45,840 bases of DNA from a virus (Duplodnaviria > Caudoviricetes), in IMG/VR virus record IMGVR_UViG_3300038313_000452, positions 1 to 45,840 of that record; one strand, written 5' to 3'. The notes under the pieces were generated by a model, which worked only from the letters and a program-made list of their open reading frames with translations, did no database searches and was not told the DNA's origin. Made by a program: the position numbers and the translations under genes. Of the stretch, positions 19,831 to 28,724 are shown piece after piece. The stretch's first letter is position 1; each line of letters starts with the position of its first letter.

Positions 19831-20148
19831 ATGGAGAAAACGGATGAATTAAATGGAATTGAAGCCATCAGGCTGGCCAAGGAGATCTCAAAGCTTCCGG
19901 ATGGCTGCTTCACGATCGCCTTCTTCCCGTACAACAAGACAAAAGGAGTTGCCGGCAAGAAAATGGTAGTCCGCGAACGATGCCGGTGGCGAAAGCAGCT
20001 GCCGAAAGAACGCTTTCATGTGGATTCCGAAAACTACTTCCTGTTCGAGGATGAGCACGGGACCCCGAAAACATGTTACCGGATACTTATCCGGTACATG
20101 GGTTTCCCGCACGATGATTTCAAATTACATAAAATAAAATGGCTATGA
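19831..20148 (+). CDS. Hypothetical phage protein
   Basis: ATG at 19831 (MEKTDELNG...) preferred to 19696; overlaps the portal start. Confidence 0.7.
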   Translation: MEKTDELNGIEAIRLAKEISKLPDGCFTIAFFPYNKTKGVAGKKMVVRERCRWRKQLPKERFHVDSENYFLFEDEHGTPKTCYRILIRYMGFPHDDFKLHKIKWL

Positions 20149-21611
20149 GTGGTAAGATAGAGATGATAGGCAATCTCGGCACGTACGTGGACGATAGCAA
20201 CGTTATATCCTTTCAGATAGGAGCGGCATCGGCACTCACGCGGGAGAACTTCGGGGTGGATCGCAAACCGACGGATATATTCGTTCCACGGTACATGAAG
20301 GTGCAAGACTACCAGGTCTGTTCACGCGGTACAGACAACAGGAGCTGCGACCGCATCGAAAAGGATATCAAGAGTAATCGTTTGCTTCCCCGCCTTATCG
20401 ATAAGCAGGTGAAGTTCTTGTACGGGAAAGGGCTACTTCCCTACCGCGAACGTGTCGTGGACGGGAAGGTCGTTCGCGAGTGGGAGCAGGTTGACGAGGT
20501 GACCCGGTGGCTCGAATCGTGGGAGGAAAACGGGATGGAGCAATCCTACACCGATTTCGCGCTCGCTTGCGTGAAGAGGTTCTATTATTTCCGTGACTTC
20601 TTCGTGAAACACCGGATGAGCAATGGTAAGGCCATCGGCAAGGCACCCATCGCGGGCATGGAGTTGATGGAGAACACCAACTGCAGGCTTGGCACCCTGA
20701 AAGAAGATATCAACAATACCACCGTTTTGTACAAGGATTTCACGGCCGTGTTGTTCGGCGATTGGAACAGGGGATCCTCAAAGTTCAAGGTTTACCCGTT
20801 ATTCCGGATCAGGGATATTGACCAATACAAGTATGCCGCGATCTCCCATCACCGGGAGAGTACCGTGGCCGATTTTTACGGTCTGAACGAAACCCACGAG
20901 GGTGTGAAGACATTCCTGAAAACATCGAACGAAATACCGTCATATATCGATTCGTTCCTCGAAAATTCGCTGGCAGCCAAGATACACGTCATCATCCCGG
21001 ACTCCTGGGTCGAATCTAAACGAAAACAGATACAATCCCTTGTTTCTGAAAATAAAAAGCGCGACAAAGAAGGAAAAACATTGTTGAAATATAACGGGAT
21101 TGAAATTGGGCTCGATTACCGGGAATCGCTCCTTATCAAGTTCATTAACGAAGAGCTGCAGAGATTGGCCAGCTACCTGAGCACATCGAAAAATCAAGGA
21201 AAGGCCTACGCCACGTTTTCGTATAAAACCGGACAGAATAAGGAAGAAGATCGATGGAAAATAGAGACGGTCGATTTGAAATACAAGGAATACATGACCT
21301 CTTTAATCGAGTACGACAAACGAGTAGATGAGGTGCTCATAGGATCAGTTGGAATTGATTCGTCCATCTCGGCTGTCAGTAAGCCCGGGATGATTTCTAA
21401 ATCGGGTTCAGACGCCTACTACAACCTTATTATTTACCTGCTTAGCCTTACCCCGGATGATAAAAAATGTTCGGAGCCATTTAACACGGCCCTGCAGCTC
21501 AATTTCCCGAAATTGTACAAGGAGGGATTTCGCTTCGGGTACTACCGTGAAATGCCGAGCAGGCAGGAAGAAGTATCAAAAGATAACCGCTTAAACGAAC
21601 AACAGGCATGA
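20139..21611 (+). CDS. Putative portal protein
   Basis: 490 aa after TerL; IDKQVKFLYGKGL and DFYGL segments resemble portal patterns; mainly positional. Confidence 0.6.
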   Translation: MAMSGKIEMIGNLGTYVDDSNVISFQIGAASALTRENFGVDRKPTDIFVPRYMKVQDYQVCSRGTDNRSCDRIEKDIKSNRLLPRLIDKQVKFLYGKGLLPYRERVVDGKVVREWEQVDEVTRWLESWEENGMEQSYTDFALACVKRFYYFRDFFVKHRMSNGKAIGKAPIAGMELMENTNCRLGTLKEDINNTTVLYKDFTAVLFGDWNRGSSKFKVYPLFRIRDIDQYKYAAISHHRESTVADFYGLNETHEGVKTFLKTSNEIPSYIDSFLENSLAAKIHVIIPDSWVESKRKQIQSLVSENKKRDKEGKTLLKYNGIEIGLDYRESLLIKFINEELQRLASYLSTSKNQGKAYATFSYKTGQNKEEDRWKIETVDLKYKEYMTSLIEYDKRVDEVLIGSVGIDSSISAVSKPGMISKSGSDAYYNLIIYLLSLTPDDKKCSEPFNTALQLNFPKLYKEGFRFGYYREMPSRQEEVSKDNRLNEQQA

Positions 21612-22483
21612 TGGCAATAAACGACTTATTTCAAAACGTGTCCGAATTTCGGCAGTATGTTCCCGGGATCTCGGCCAACTTGGAGTTCTCCGAACTCAAC
21701 AGCTCCGCGATCAGCGCGCGAAAACAGATCCGGAACATCATAAAAAAGGATTTGTGGGACAAAATAAAAGGGGAAAGTGAAACGGACGCTCACGGCTATT
21801 TATGCAATGCCTTCGGTAATTTAATCATGCATAAATCCATTATCTTCAACGTGGTTTCCCGGCGAACCGCGTCCGATTCCGGGGACGTGTATAAATACGA
21901 GTACGAATCGATGCAACGGCAGTATATCGACAACTATTACAACGCGATGGATTCGCTAATTGAAGAGTTGTCAGAAAACGAGGATTATTCGGAATTGTGG
22001 AAAGCAACACCGGAATATAAGCTGCTGGATACGCTTGAAATTAAAAAAACATCTGAGTTCAATTCTTACTATGGGATTGATATGAGTTTCCTATTCTTCT
22101 TCCGGACGATACCACTTCAGCGGGAGATACTTATCGACGGCTTGAGTGATTTGTTCGTAAAAGTCGGAAATTCGGACGCCAACAGCGATCTGGTAGAAAA
22201 ACTCAAACTCGCGCTCTCCCACCTGGTGGTCGCCCTCGCTCTTTCCCGGTTCGACATCATTGAGCTTCCGGCCACAATAAGAAGCCTTTTTGATGAACAG
22301 AAATCTTCCCGATCCGGGAGCGATGAACAAAACAGGTTGTTGCGGCTCGCGGCTGAGCTTCGAGATAACGCCACGGCAATCATATCCGGTATCGAATTGG
22401 CTCTTTCAGAACCGGACAATTCTAACGTGGTATCGGACACGTCTCTCAATAATCCGGAGGATAAAATATACTTGATCTCATGA
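21608..22483 (+). CDS. Putative head-tail connector/adaptor protein
   Basis: 291 aa helical ORF coupled to portal; positional inference. Confidence 0.45.
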   Translation: MMAINDLFQNVSEFRQYVPGISANLEFSELNSSAISARKQIRNIIKKDLWDKIKGESETDAHGYLCNAFGNLIMHKSIIFNVVSRRTASDSGDVYKYEYESMQRQYIDNYYNAMDSLIEELSENEDYSELWKATPEYKLLDTLEIKKTSEFNSYYGIDMSFLFFFRTIPLQREILIDGLSDLFVKVGNSDANSDLVEKLKLALSHLVVALALSRFDIIELPATIRSLFDEQKSSRSGSDEQNRLLRLAAELRDNATAIISGIELALSEPDNSNVVSDTSLNNPEDKIYLIS

Positions 22484-23340
22484 ATGCAGAGCATATAATT
22501 TTAAAAACGCGAGATAAAGTAGTGAGCGTGCCGAACAGGTGGGAGCTGCTCACGCCAAAACAGTATCTTTTTCTCGTGGCACTAATTACCCAGTATGCCA
22601 ACAAGCTCGCCACGATGGATGATGTTCGTTTATTTTACGTTTTCAGGGTTTTAGGCATAAACCCCGCAAGCATAACAGATCCGGAGGCAATGGCTAACTT
22701 GACCATTATTTCCGAGCAAATAGATTTTATTTTTGATGAGAACGGGAAAATAAATCTTAGCTTTCTGGTACAACTGGTCCCCGAAATTGAAGTGAGCGGG
22801 AAACTGTTCAAGAAAAGATACCGGGGATATGAAATAAACACGGCTTTCGACACGCTCACGTGTTCGCTCACCGCGGCGCAATTCATCGACGCGAAACAAT
22901 TGCTGGATGGGAAGGCGGCCCAACTGCCATTGCTGGCCGCTGTGCTCTACAGTCCATTACCCTACTCCAGTGAGATTGCTCACGATCTCGCTGAAAAATT
23001 CGCGCGAGTAAACCCATTCGTGTTGCAGGCTGTCTCTCTTAACTTCCAAGCTTTTATCACTTATTTGTTCACGCGCACTCATTTTTCCCTGCTGTCGGCC
23101 GGGACGAAGAATAATATCCCGGAGATCGCTACCGGCATGTTGGAGACGATGTATAACCTGAGTGCTGACGGGATGGGCGACGTACAAGCCGTCAAGCAGA
23201 TGCCCATCATTGAATTTCTTACCATTTTGCGAAAAAAAATAATAGAGAGTGTCAAGGCCATGAACGCCGCAAAGATCGATATCGTTAAAATCGCGTCCGC
23301 TACCGGCTTGCCCACTCGAATAATCAAGAAAATGTTATGA
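22480..23340 (+). CDS. Hypothetical morphogenesis protein
   Basis: 286 aa, ATGA-coupled. Confidence 0.6.
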   Translation: MNAEHIILKTRDKVVSVPNRWELLTPKQYLFLVALITQYANKLATMDDVRLFYVFRVLGINPASITDPEAMANLTIISEQIDFIFDENGKINLSFLVQLVPEIEVSGKLFKKRYRGYEINTAFDTLTCSLTAAQFIDAKQLLDGKAAQLPLLAAVLYSPLPYSSEIAHDLAEKFARVNPFVLQAVSLNFQAFITYLFTRTHFSLLSAGTKNNIPEIATGMLETMYNLSADGMGDVQAVKQMPIIEFLTILRKKIIESVKAMNAAKIDIVKIASATGLPTRIIKKML

Positions 23341-23906
23341 TTCCAAACAATATCCTAACCGAAATATTCATCTACTTTGCCAAGTTCCCGAACCGTGCCG
23401 GGATCTACCCAATGTTCAACATTGAAACATCCAATATCGCGGGTTACAGTGAGATGAAACAAGCGATTGACTCCATGCCCGCTCATTCTCTCACCACCAT
23501 TGAAAATTACGTGTTTGGTGCTAACCTCGAGGCTATTGGTCACCGGGTGAATAACATCACATCGGGAGCTGATTATCTTTTCGTTGATTTTGGCGAAGTA
23601 GACTGTGGAGTAGACAGTTCCAATCGGATGACGGATTCCGCGCGGCTGGCCATCACCGTGGCCTACCGGCTGAAAAACTTCTCGATAGACCTCATGGAAC
23701 AGATGCTCGCCTTCAGCCACTCGCTCGACAGCCTTGTCGGGATCCGCAACACGATGATAAGTGAGCAGCGATGCCACCCGTGGTTGAAAAATGTTTCAAA
23801 CAGCCACACTTTCGTTCCATTCGTGTCGGAGAAATTCAGCAGCATCGGGTGGACGTTACTATTCAACCGGGAGGGTTACGATAGTTTTGGTGCGAAAAAT
23901 CGGTGA
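23337..23906 (+). CDS. Hypothetical morphogenesis protein (possible tail terminator-like)
   Basis: 189 aa, ATGA-coupled, last gene of portal operon. Confidence 0.5.
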   Translation: MIPNNILTEIFIYFAKFPNRAGIYPMFNIETSNIAGYSEMKQAIDSMPAHSLTTIENYVFGANLEAIGHRVNNITSGADYLFVDFGEVDCGVDSSNRMTDSARLAITVAYRLKNFSIDLMEQMLAFSHSLDSLVGIRNTMISEQRCHPWLKNVSNSHTFVPFVSEKFSSIGWTLLFNREGYDSFGAKNR

Positions 23907-23954
23907 TATATTTAAATAATGAATAAAATATTAGCATATTAAATATTTGTTTTG

Positions 23955-23962
23955 TATCTTTG
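23955..23962 (+). promoter_or_regulatory. Bacteroidota -7 promoter element TATCTTTG for higBA
   Basis: Matches TAnnTTTG about 20 nt upstream of the higB start. Confidence 0.6.
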
Positions 23963-23982
23963 TCACATAAAGAATATGGAAG

Positions 23983-24279
23983 ATGAGGATCATATCGAAA
24001 AAAGCCTTGCAGGATTTCTACTCCCGCCACCCCGACTCCAAAACACCTTTGGAGGATTGGTACAGAATAGTAAAAAAAGCGCAGTGGACATGTTTTGCCG
24101 ATATTAAAAAAACATTCAATACTGTAGACAATGTAGGCAACAAGCGATATGTATTCAACATTAAAGGGAACGATTACCGGATAGTGGCCATCATCCAGTT
24201 TACCGCCAAAGCCGTATTAATCCGGTTCGTGGGAACGCATAAACAATACGATAAAATTAAGGACATCAAAAATATATGA
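23983..24279 (+). CDS. higB: HigB family toxin (RelE superfamily mRNA interferase)
   Basis: MRIISKKAL.DF...HP...L..WY...W....DIK..F...D.V...RYVFNIKGNDYRIV...FVGTHKQYD pattern. Confidence 0.93.
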   Translation: MRIISKKALQDFYSRHPDSKTPLEDWYRIVKKAQWTCFADIKKTFNTVDNVGNKRYVFNIKGNDYRIVAIIQFTAKAVLIRFVGTHKQYDKIKDIKNI

Positions 24280-24647
24280 TTATGGCGACAATAAAAGACA
24301 AAGACAAATACGAAGCCATCATGTTACGCATTAATGAATTGATGGAACAGGTGGAAGAAGACACACCCATGACTGACCATCGCGTCCGGGAACTTGATCT
24401 GCTCGTTGAGCTTGCCGAAGAATATGAAGACGAGAATTACCCGATGGGCACCCCGTCGTTGCCCGATGTCATGAAGCTTCGGATGTACGAGATGAATCTC
24501 ACGCAAGAGAAGCTTGCCGAAATGCTCGGGCTCAGTCAATCACGCATCAGTAACTTCCTGACAGGTAAAACCGAACCCACCCTGGAAGTTGCCCGCACTA
24601 TCAGCAAGCAACTTAATATTGAACCGGGCATTATTCTTGGCGTGTAA
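24276..24647 (+). CDS. higA: HigA family antitoxin (XRE HTH)
   Basis: ELDLLVELAEEYEDENYP then LTQEKLAEMLGLSQSRISNFLTGK; toxin-first order. Confidence 0.92.
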   Translation: MIMATIKDKDKYEAIMLRINELMEQVEEDTPMTDHRVRELDLLVELAEEYEDENYPMGTPSLPDVMKLRMYEMNLTQEKLAEMLGLSQSRISNFLTGKTEPTLEVARTISKQLNIEPGIILGV

Positions 24648-24675
24648 AAAACACCAGACACCGTTACTTTTATTT

Positions 24676-24709
24676 GCCTGCGGCCTGATGGTCGTGGGCT
24701 TTTATTTTT
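24676..24709 (+). terminator. Rho-independent terminator after higA
   Basis: GCCTGCGGCC-TGAT-GGTCGTGGGC followed by T tracts. Confidence 0.6.
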
Positions 24710-24767
24710 ACATCTTTTTAAATTTTTGTTATCTTTGCCTCAATATCTAATTTTTAAAATAAAAGTC

Positions 24768-25358
24768 ATGAAAAAAGTATTATTAGTCCTTCTTTTCATT
24801 CCCACGTTGCTAATTGCACAGCAAAGGGAAAAATACGACACAGTTAATCCAATTTATGAAGAGGTTTTTCCTATTGAAAATGGAAGGATAGTGTTCTCTG
24901 AGGTGGTACCCGTTGATAATGTATCCAAGGACGAATTGTTTGTTCGCGCCAACAGCTGGATAGCAAGAACATTTAATTCTCCTAAAGATGTCATTCAGTT
25001 TAATGACAAAGAAGCTGGTAAGATTATTTGTAAAACAGTGACTGGCGCAACGGTGGGAAAAGGATTTAACAAAGTAACCATTGACCCGGTTTATTTTATC
25101 CTGCAAATAGAAACAAGAGAAGGGAGATACCGAATTGTAGCCTCGGATTTCATCCATGAATATCGTATAAAGATAGGTCAAATAACTAATGAGGGGGAAA
25201 ATCTATTGGAAGAGTACTACCGGTTGAAAGAACCTACAAAAAAAGAACTGGAAAATAATTTTGCTATAGCTGAAGTTATCAGCAATAGAGTTTTGGCTAT
25301 TTTTGAAAGCGCAAAGCTGGCAATGGCAGTACAGAGTAATACGGATGATGATTGGTGA
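24768..25358 (+). CDS. Secreted DUF4468-like protein (moron)
   Basis: Signal peptide MKKVLLVLLFIPTLLIAQ; FSEVV.V...SKDELF.RA..W....F.SPKDVIQ..DKEAG.II.K pattern; own TATCTTTG element at 24730-24737. Confidence 0.7.
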   Translation: MKKVLLVLLFIPTLLIAQQREKYDTVNPIYEEVFPIENGRIVFSEVVPVDNVSKDELFVRANSWIARTFNSPKDVIQFNDKEAGKIICKTVTGATVGKGFNKVTIDPVYFILQIETREGRYRIVASDFIHEYRIKIGQITNEGENLLEEYYRLKEPTKKELENNFAIAEVISNRVLAIFESAKLAMAVQSNTDDDW

Positions 25359-25403
25359 CAAATGTATAGGTGAGACACGCACAATATAATCAAGAAATTA
25401 CTC

Positions 25404-25892
25404 ATGGATGAAAGTGTTAGCTATCTACTTTCCGTTTTTACGGTACTCTTATTTTTTGTAGTGGTAATAGGTGTTCCTGTTTTCTTAATAAGATTTTTCA
25501 TCAAGCGTAAGAAGAAGAAAAGTAATCCTTTGAAAAAAGGAGTTTTCAAATTAACCGATGATGAAGAAAAAAAGGGAGTGATAGGTTTTAATATTGCTGG
25601 AATATATTATAGAGAGAATAAAGATCAAGTTTACTCTGAATTGTCATTTTTGGAGCTCGGTGATGAGTTTACGCTTGAACCGGAACCGGAAAATAAACAC
25701 GATGAATATGCAATAAAAGTACTATCCCAATACCGTACTCATTTTGGATATGTGCCACGGCATATGACGTACAGGTTTCGAGATTATAAAGATAATCATG
25801 TTTTTCATAAATGTTTCGTACATGGTATTCAGCGAGGATTGCATATTAATGTATTCATTAAATGTTATCCTATCTCGGCATTAAAATCATAA
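25404..25892 (+). CDS. Membrane-anchored HIRAN-domain protein (moron)
   Basis: N-terminal TM helix then poly-Lys; IAGIYYR...LEPEPENKHDEYAIKV...FGYVPR HIRAN motifs. Confidence 0.8.
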   Translation: MDESVSYLLSVFTVLLFFVVVIGVPVFLIRFFIKRKKKKSNPLKKGVFKLTDDEEKKGVIGFNIAGIYYRENKDQVYSELSFLELGDEFTLEPEPENKHDEYAIKVLSQYRTHFGYVPRHMTYRFRDYKDNHVFHKCFVHGIQRGLHINVFIKCYPISALKS

Positions 25893-25901
25893 ACATCAAG
25901 T

Positions 25902-25931
25902 AAACCCCGAAAATTTTCGGGGTTTTTCTTT
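25902..25931 (+). terminator. Rho-independent terminator
   Basis: AAACCCCGAAAATTTTCGGGGTTT palindrome plus T tract. Confidence 0.75.
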
Positions 25932-25963
25932 GCCGTTTAAAAACCTTTTCCGATATTTGTAGT

Positions 25964-26130
25964 GTTGTACAAATTCAGAAGGCGGGATAAGCTCGCCAAT
26001 TTTGCGGGCGTTTTTTATGCCTTTGTTTCAAAAATACAATATTTGGGTTCTGACCCCCGTGCCGATTGGTTAATGCCGCGGCTGCCTTCTGAAGGTGTAC
26101 AACAACGGGAAAGCGGAACCCTCTTTTATT
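25964..26130 (+). ncRNA. Putative structured regulatory RNA (c4/CI-like) leading the antirepressor operon
   Basis: TTTG-N19-GATATTTG promoter at 25929-25959; 25964-25983 complementary to 26084-26103 (18/20); GGGTTC 26045/GAACCC 26116 and CCCGT 26056/ACGGG 26105 stems. Confidence 0.55.
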
Positions 26131-26164
26131 TCCGCGCAGTAATGATCATTTAAAGTTGTACAAA

Positions 26165-26494
26165 ATGAAAACAAAAACAATCTCAATGCAATTGCCGAGC
26201 GAGAGTGCTGGCGGGCAACCGGTGAAAGTCACCGAAAAACTTCCAAGTTACGTGCAAGACACGGTTTACAACGCCTTTGGCGAACTCTTCTCGCAAACGG
26301 ACTGGGTGAAGTGTATCATGATTAAAACGAACGGTGTCCTTAACCTCCAGTTCATCGGAAACGGCTGCGTGGCTAACATGCAGATCTACGAAGTGCGGAG
26401 TGAAAACGCCCTCGAGCAGTATGTTCCCAACAAACCTATCCGCAGGCATATTAACTCCGCGAAGAGAAAGGAGGCGTACCATGAAAGCAGATAA
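26165..26494 (+). CDS. Hypothetical protein, first gene of antirepressor operon
   Basis: ATG at 26165 in frame with the 26156 ORF. Confidence 0.65.
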   Translation: MKTKTISMQLPSESAGGQPVKVTEKLPSYVQDTVYNAFGELFSQTDWVKCIMIKTNGVLNLQFIGNGCVANMQIYEVRSENALEQYVPNKPIRRHINSAKRKEAYHESR

Positions 26495-26735
26495 CATGAG
26501 TATTAAAAATACAGTAAATGATAAGAGTGGAAAATCCAACATTTCCATCGCGCAAAAATCTTTTTCGCCAAGCGTGAGAGTCAATTATTCCGAGATCTAT
26601 TCTTTCATAAAAGGCCATCCCCTTAACAGTATTGAATTTAAGGTAGGGGATTTTGAAGCTCTTGACACCTTCGCACAAGAACTCTCCGGATATGTGGAAC
26701 GAATCAAGAAGATGCGGAAAGGAGGTGCATTATGA
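26481..26735 (+). CDS. Hypothetical protein
   Basis: ATG 26481 preceded by AAGGAGG; ends RKGGAL, overlapping next gene. Confidence 0.6.
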   Translation: MKADNMSIKNTVNDKSGKSNISIAQKSFSPSVRVNYSEIYSFIKGHPLNSIEFKVGDFEALDTFAQELSGYVERIKKMRKGGAL

Positions 26736-27019
26736 AAAATAATGATATCAACCCGGTGATGGCCATCAATCCCTATACTGACAAGCTAATGAACCTTGAA
26801 CCGGTATTCAGTTTGTTAAAAGAATATCAAACGGCTCAGGATTGCTATGAATTCACGGATGAAGCCATAAAATTCATGGCCCTTTCCCCTCTACCCGAGT
26901 GGGCCAATATGGACATGAAGGGATCTGTTGTGATGTTCTTATATGCTCTTCGAGACACGTTTGAGGGCCTGATGGAGTGCGAGATTAGTGTCGCGAAAAA
27001 GAAAGGGGGAACCGCATGA
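26732..27019 (+). CDS. Hypothetical protein
   Basis: 95 aa, ATGA-coupled, ends KKGGTA. Confidence 0.65.
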   Translation: MKNNDINPVMAINPYTDKLMNLEPVFSLLKEYQTAQDCYEFTDEAIKFMALSPLPEWANMDMKGSVVMFLYALRDTFEGLMECEISVAKKKGGTA

Positions 27020-27297
27020 GTAAAAAAACACAAAGTACCCCTGCCCAGGATCCGGCACCGGATCTCACGGCATACATGGAGGTGATATCGCGTCGGTTCC
27101 GGCCGGCAGCTAACGAAACGGAAGCCACGCACCGTCTATCAACAGAAGAGATAAGCGGGGCCATCAAGTCGTTGAACCCCGGGCTACAAGTTAACAGTAA
27201 ACATGTGTATGACGCGATGCAGAACGCGGGCTTTAAGTTTTCCGCGGCAAAAGGCACTCAATCACTTATTTTCAAGTGGTTGTTAGTTGAAAAATAG
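27016..27297 (+). CDS. Hypothetical protein (possible winged helix)
   Basis: 93 aa, ATGA-coupled; degenerate second copy at 27868-28079. Confidence 0.7.
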   Translation: MSKKTQSTPAQDPAPDLTAYMEVISRRFRPAANETEATHRLSTEEISGAIKSLNPGLQVNSKHVYDAMQNAGFKFSAAKGTQSLIFKWLLVEK

Positions 27298-27333
27298 GAA
27301 GATAATTTTTATATTTGTAAAAATCTCAAAAAC

Positions 27334-27900
27334 ATGGAACCAAAAACAGTAGCGAAAGTAAATGAGGTGAACATCCAGATGGTCACCAATAACAAGGAAA
27401 GATTGGTACCGATTAAGCCTATCTGCGAAGCGATGGGAATTGAATTTGAGCCGCAAAGGCGGAAGCTAAATGAAGATGATTTTCTCAGTTCAGTTACCAC
27501 CTCTGGGGTGGCAACTGGATCCGACGGAAAGCAGTATGAAATGGTGTGTATCCCTTTTGAATTTGTCTTCGGGTGGCTCTTTACCATCAACCCGAAAAAC
27601 GTGAAGGAGGAGGCACGTGAAGCGGTGAGCAGATACAGGATAGAATGTTACCGTGCCTTGTATAGGCATTTTTCAGCCCAAGCCGATTTTTTAAATGAAA
27701 AGCAGGTTCTCGTTGACAAGCATATCGACCGCGTGGAAAAGATCCGGGCAGAGTTCTCATCAGCCAAACTAAGGCTCGCGGAAGAACAAAAGAAGCTGAC
27801 TGAAGTCCGCCATCTAACCCTCGAGGACTGGGAAGCAAATAACAGGCAAATGAAAATCGACTTTGAACAGGATCCCGCTCCGGATTTGACTGAAGAATAA
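27334..27900 (+). CDS. Phage antirepressor with P22 Ant N-terminal-like domain
   Basis: VPIKPICEAMGI....QRRKL...GSDGKQYEMVCIP...VFGWLFTINP..VK pattern. Confidence 0.85.
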   Translation: MEPKTVAKVNEVNIQMVTNNKERLVPIKPICEAMGIEFEPQRRKLNEDDFLSSVTTSGVATGSDGKQYEMVCIPFEFVFGWLFTINPKNVKEEAREAVSRYRIECYRALYRHFSAQADFLNEKQVLVDKHIDRVEKIRAEFSSAKLRLAEEQKKLTEVRHLTLEDWEANNRQMKIDFEQDPAPDLTEE

Positions 27901-28079
27901 AACGGGAATTCCCCTTATATTTCCACTAATTATATACTCGGATTTTCGAGTATTAAAACCAAGGCATTGAGGTAAGCGAGAAACATGTCTTTGAGGCTAT
28001 GCTGCTGGAGGGATTTAATTTTTCAGCTATACCGGGAACTCAATCGCTCATATTTAAGTGGTTATTGGTTGAAAAATAG
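27868..28079 (+). pseudogene. Degenerate copy of ORF 27016-27297
   Basis: QDPAPDLT at 27868 and ...EKHVFEAMLLEGFNFSAIPGTQSLIFKWLLVEK* versus ...SKHVYDAMQNAGFKFSAAKGTQSLIFKWLLVEK*. Confidence 0.7.
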
Positions 28080-28115
28080 GAAGATAAGTTTTATATTTGT
28101 AAAAATCTCAAAAAC

Positions 28116-28703
28116 ATGGAAACAAAAATATGTGTATTCGAAGAAAACGCTATCTCTTTTGCTTTTGACAAAGATAATAGCATGATGATTAATGCCACTG
28201 AGATGGCGAAAGCCTTCGGTGCAAATGTTGGACATTTTTTGGCTAATGACAGCACGAAAAAATTTATTTCAGCATGTTTAAATAATCGGAATTCCGATTA
28301 TTTAAATCTGAAAAAAGAAGAGGATTTGATTATTTCTCGACAGAAATCCGGGACCTGGATGCATCGTGTTCTGGCTTTAAAATTTGCCGCATGGTTATCA
28401 CCCGATTTCGAGGTATGGGTATACTCTACAATTGAAAAACTTCTTTTCGGAAAACACGTGGAGCGTGAAAAATCTTTTGAACGAACGCTGAAACTTCAAA
28501 AAGAGATGAATTCTATCCGCGATAAATCTCCGGAAGAAAGAACCGGTGCCGACTTTAACCGATACCTTGATATCGAACGGGAAATGAATCGTGAAAAATC
28601 AGTCAGGAAAAACCTTACGACCGAGAGTATATCAGGCATGCGGGGTCTTTTTGATAATATGGAATCCGATGACACCACAACTGAATCTGACAGGTGCAAT
28701 TAG
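28116..28703 (+). CDS. KilA-N domain DNA-binding protein (antirepressor-like)
   Basis: MINATEMAKAFG...FL....TK.FI...GTWMHRVLALKFAAWLSPDFEVWV. Confidence 0.9.
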   Translation: METKICVFEENAISFAFDKDNSMMINATEMAKAFGANVGHFLANDSTKKFISACLNNRNSDYLNLKKEEDLIISRQKSGTWMHRVLALKFAAWLSPDFEVWVYSTIEKLLFGKHVEREKSFERTLKLQKEMNSIRDKSPEERTGADFNRYLDIEREMNREKSVRKNLTTESISGMRGLFDNMESDDTTTESDRCN

Positions 28704-28724
28704 ATCAATTATAGGACAAAGCGT

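Larger units (their letters stand above)
27256..28128 (+). repeat. ~91-bp imperfect direct repeat (27256-27346 and 28038-28128) containing a promoter and start codon
   Basis: Both copies contain GTTGAAAAATAGGAAGATAA.TTTTATATTTGTAAAAATCTCAAAAACATGGAA. Confidence 0.9.

Noticed and set aside
25962-26153. 63-aa ORF over the structured leader
   Set aside because: GTG start almost at the predicted transcription start; extensive pairing is better explained as RNA structure, though a leader peptide is not excluded
28711-28717. Reverse-strand copy of the late-promoter motif
   Set aside because: Reads GTCCTAT rather than GTCCTTT and lacks a convincing -7 box at 20 nt
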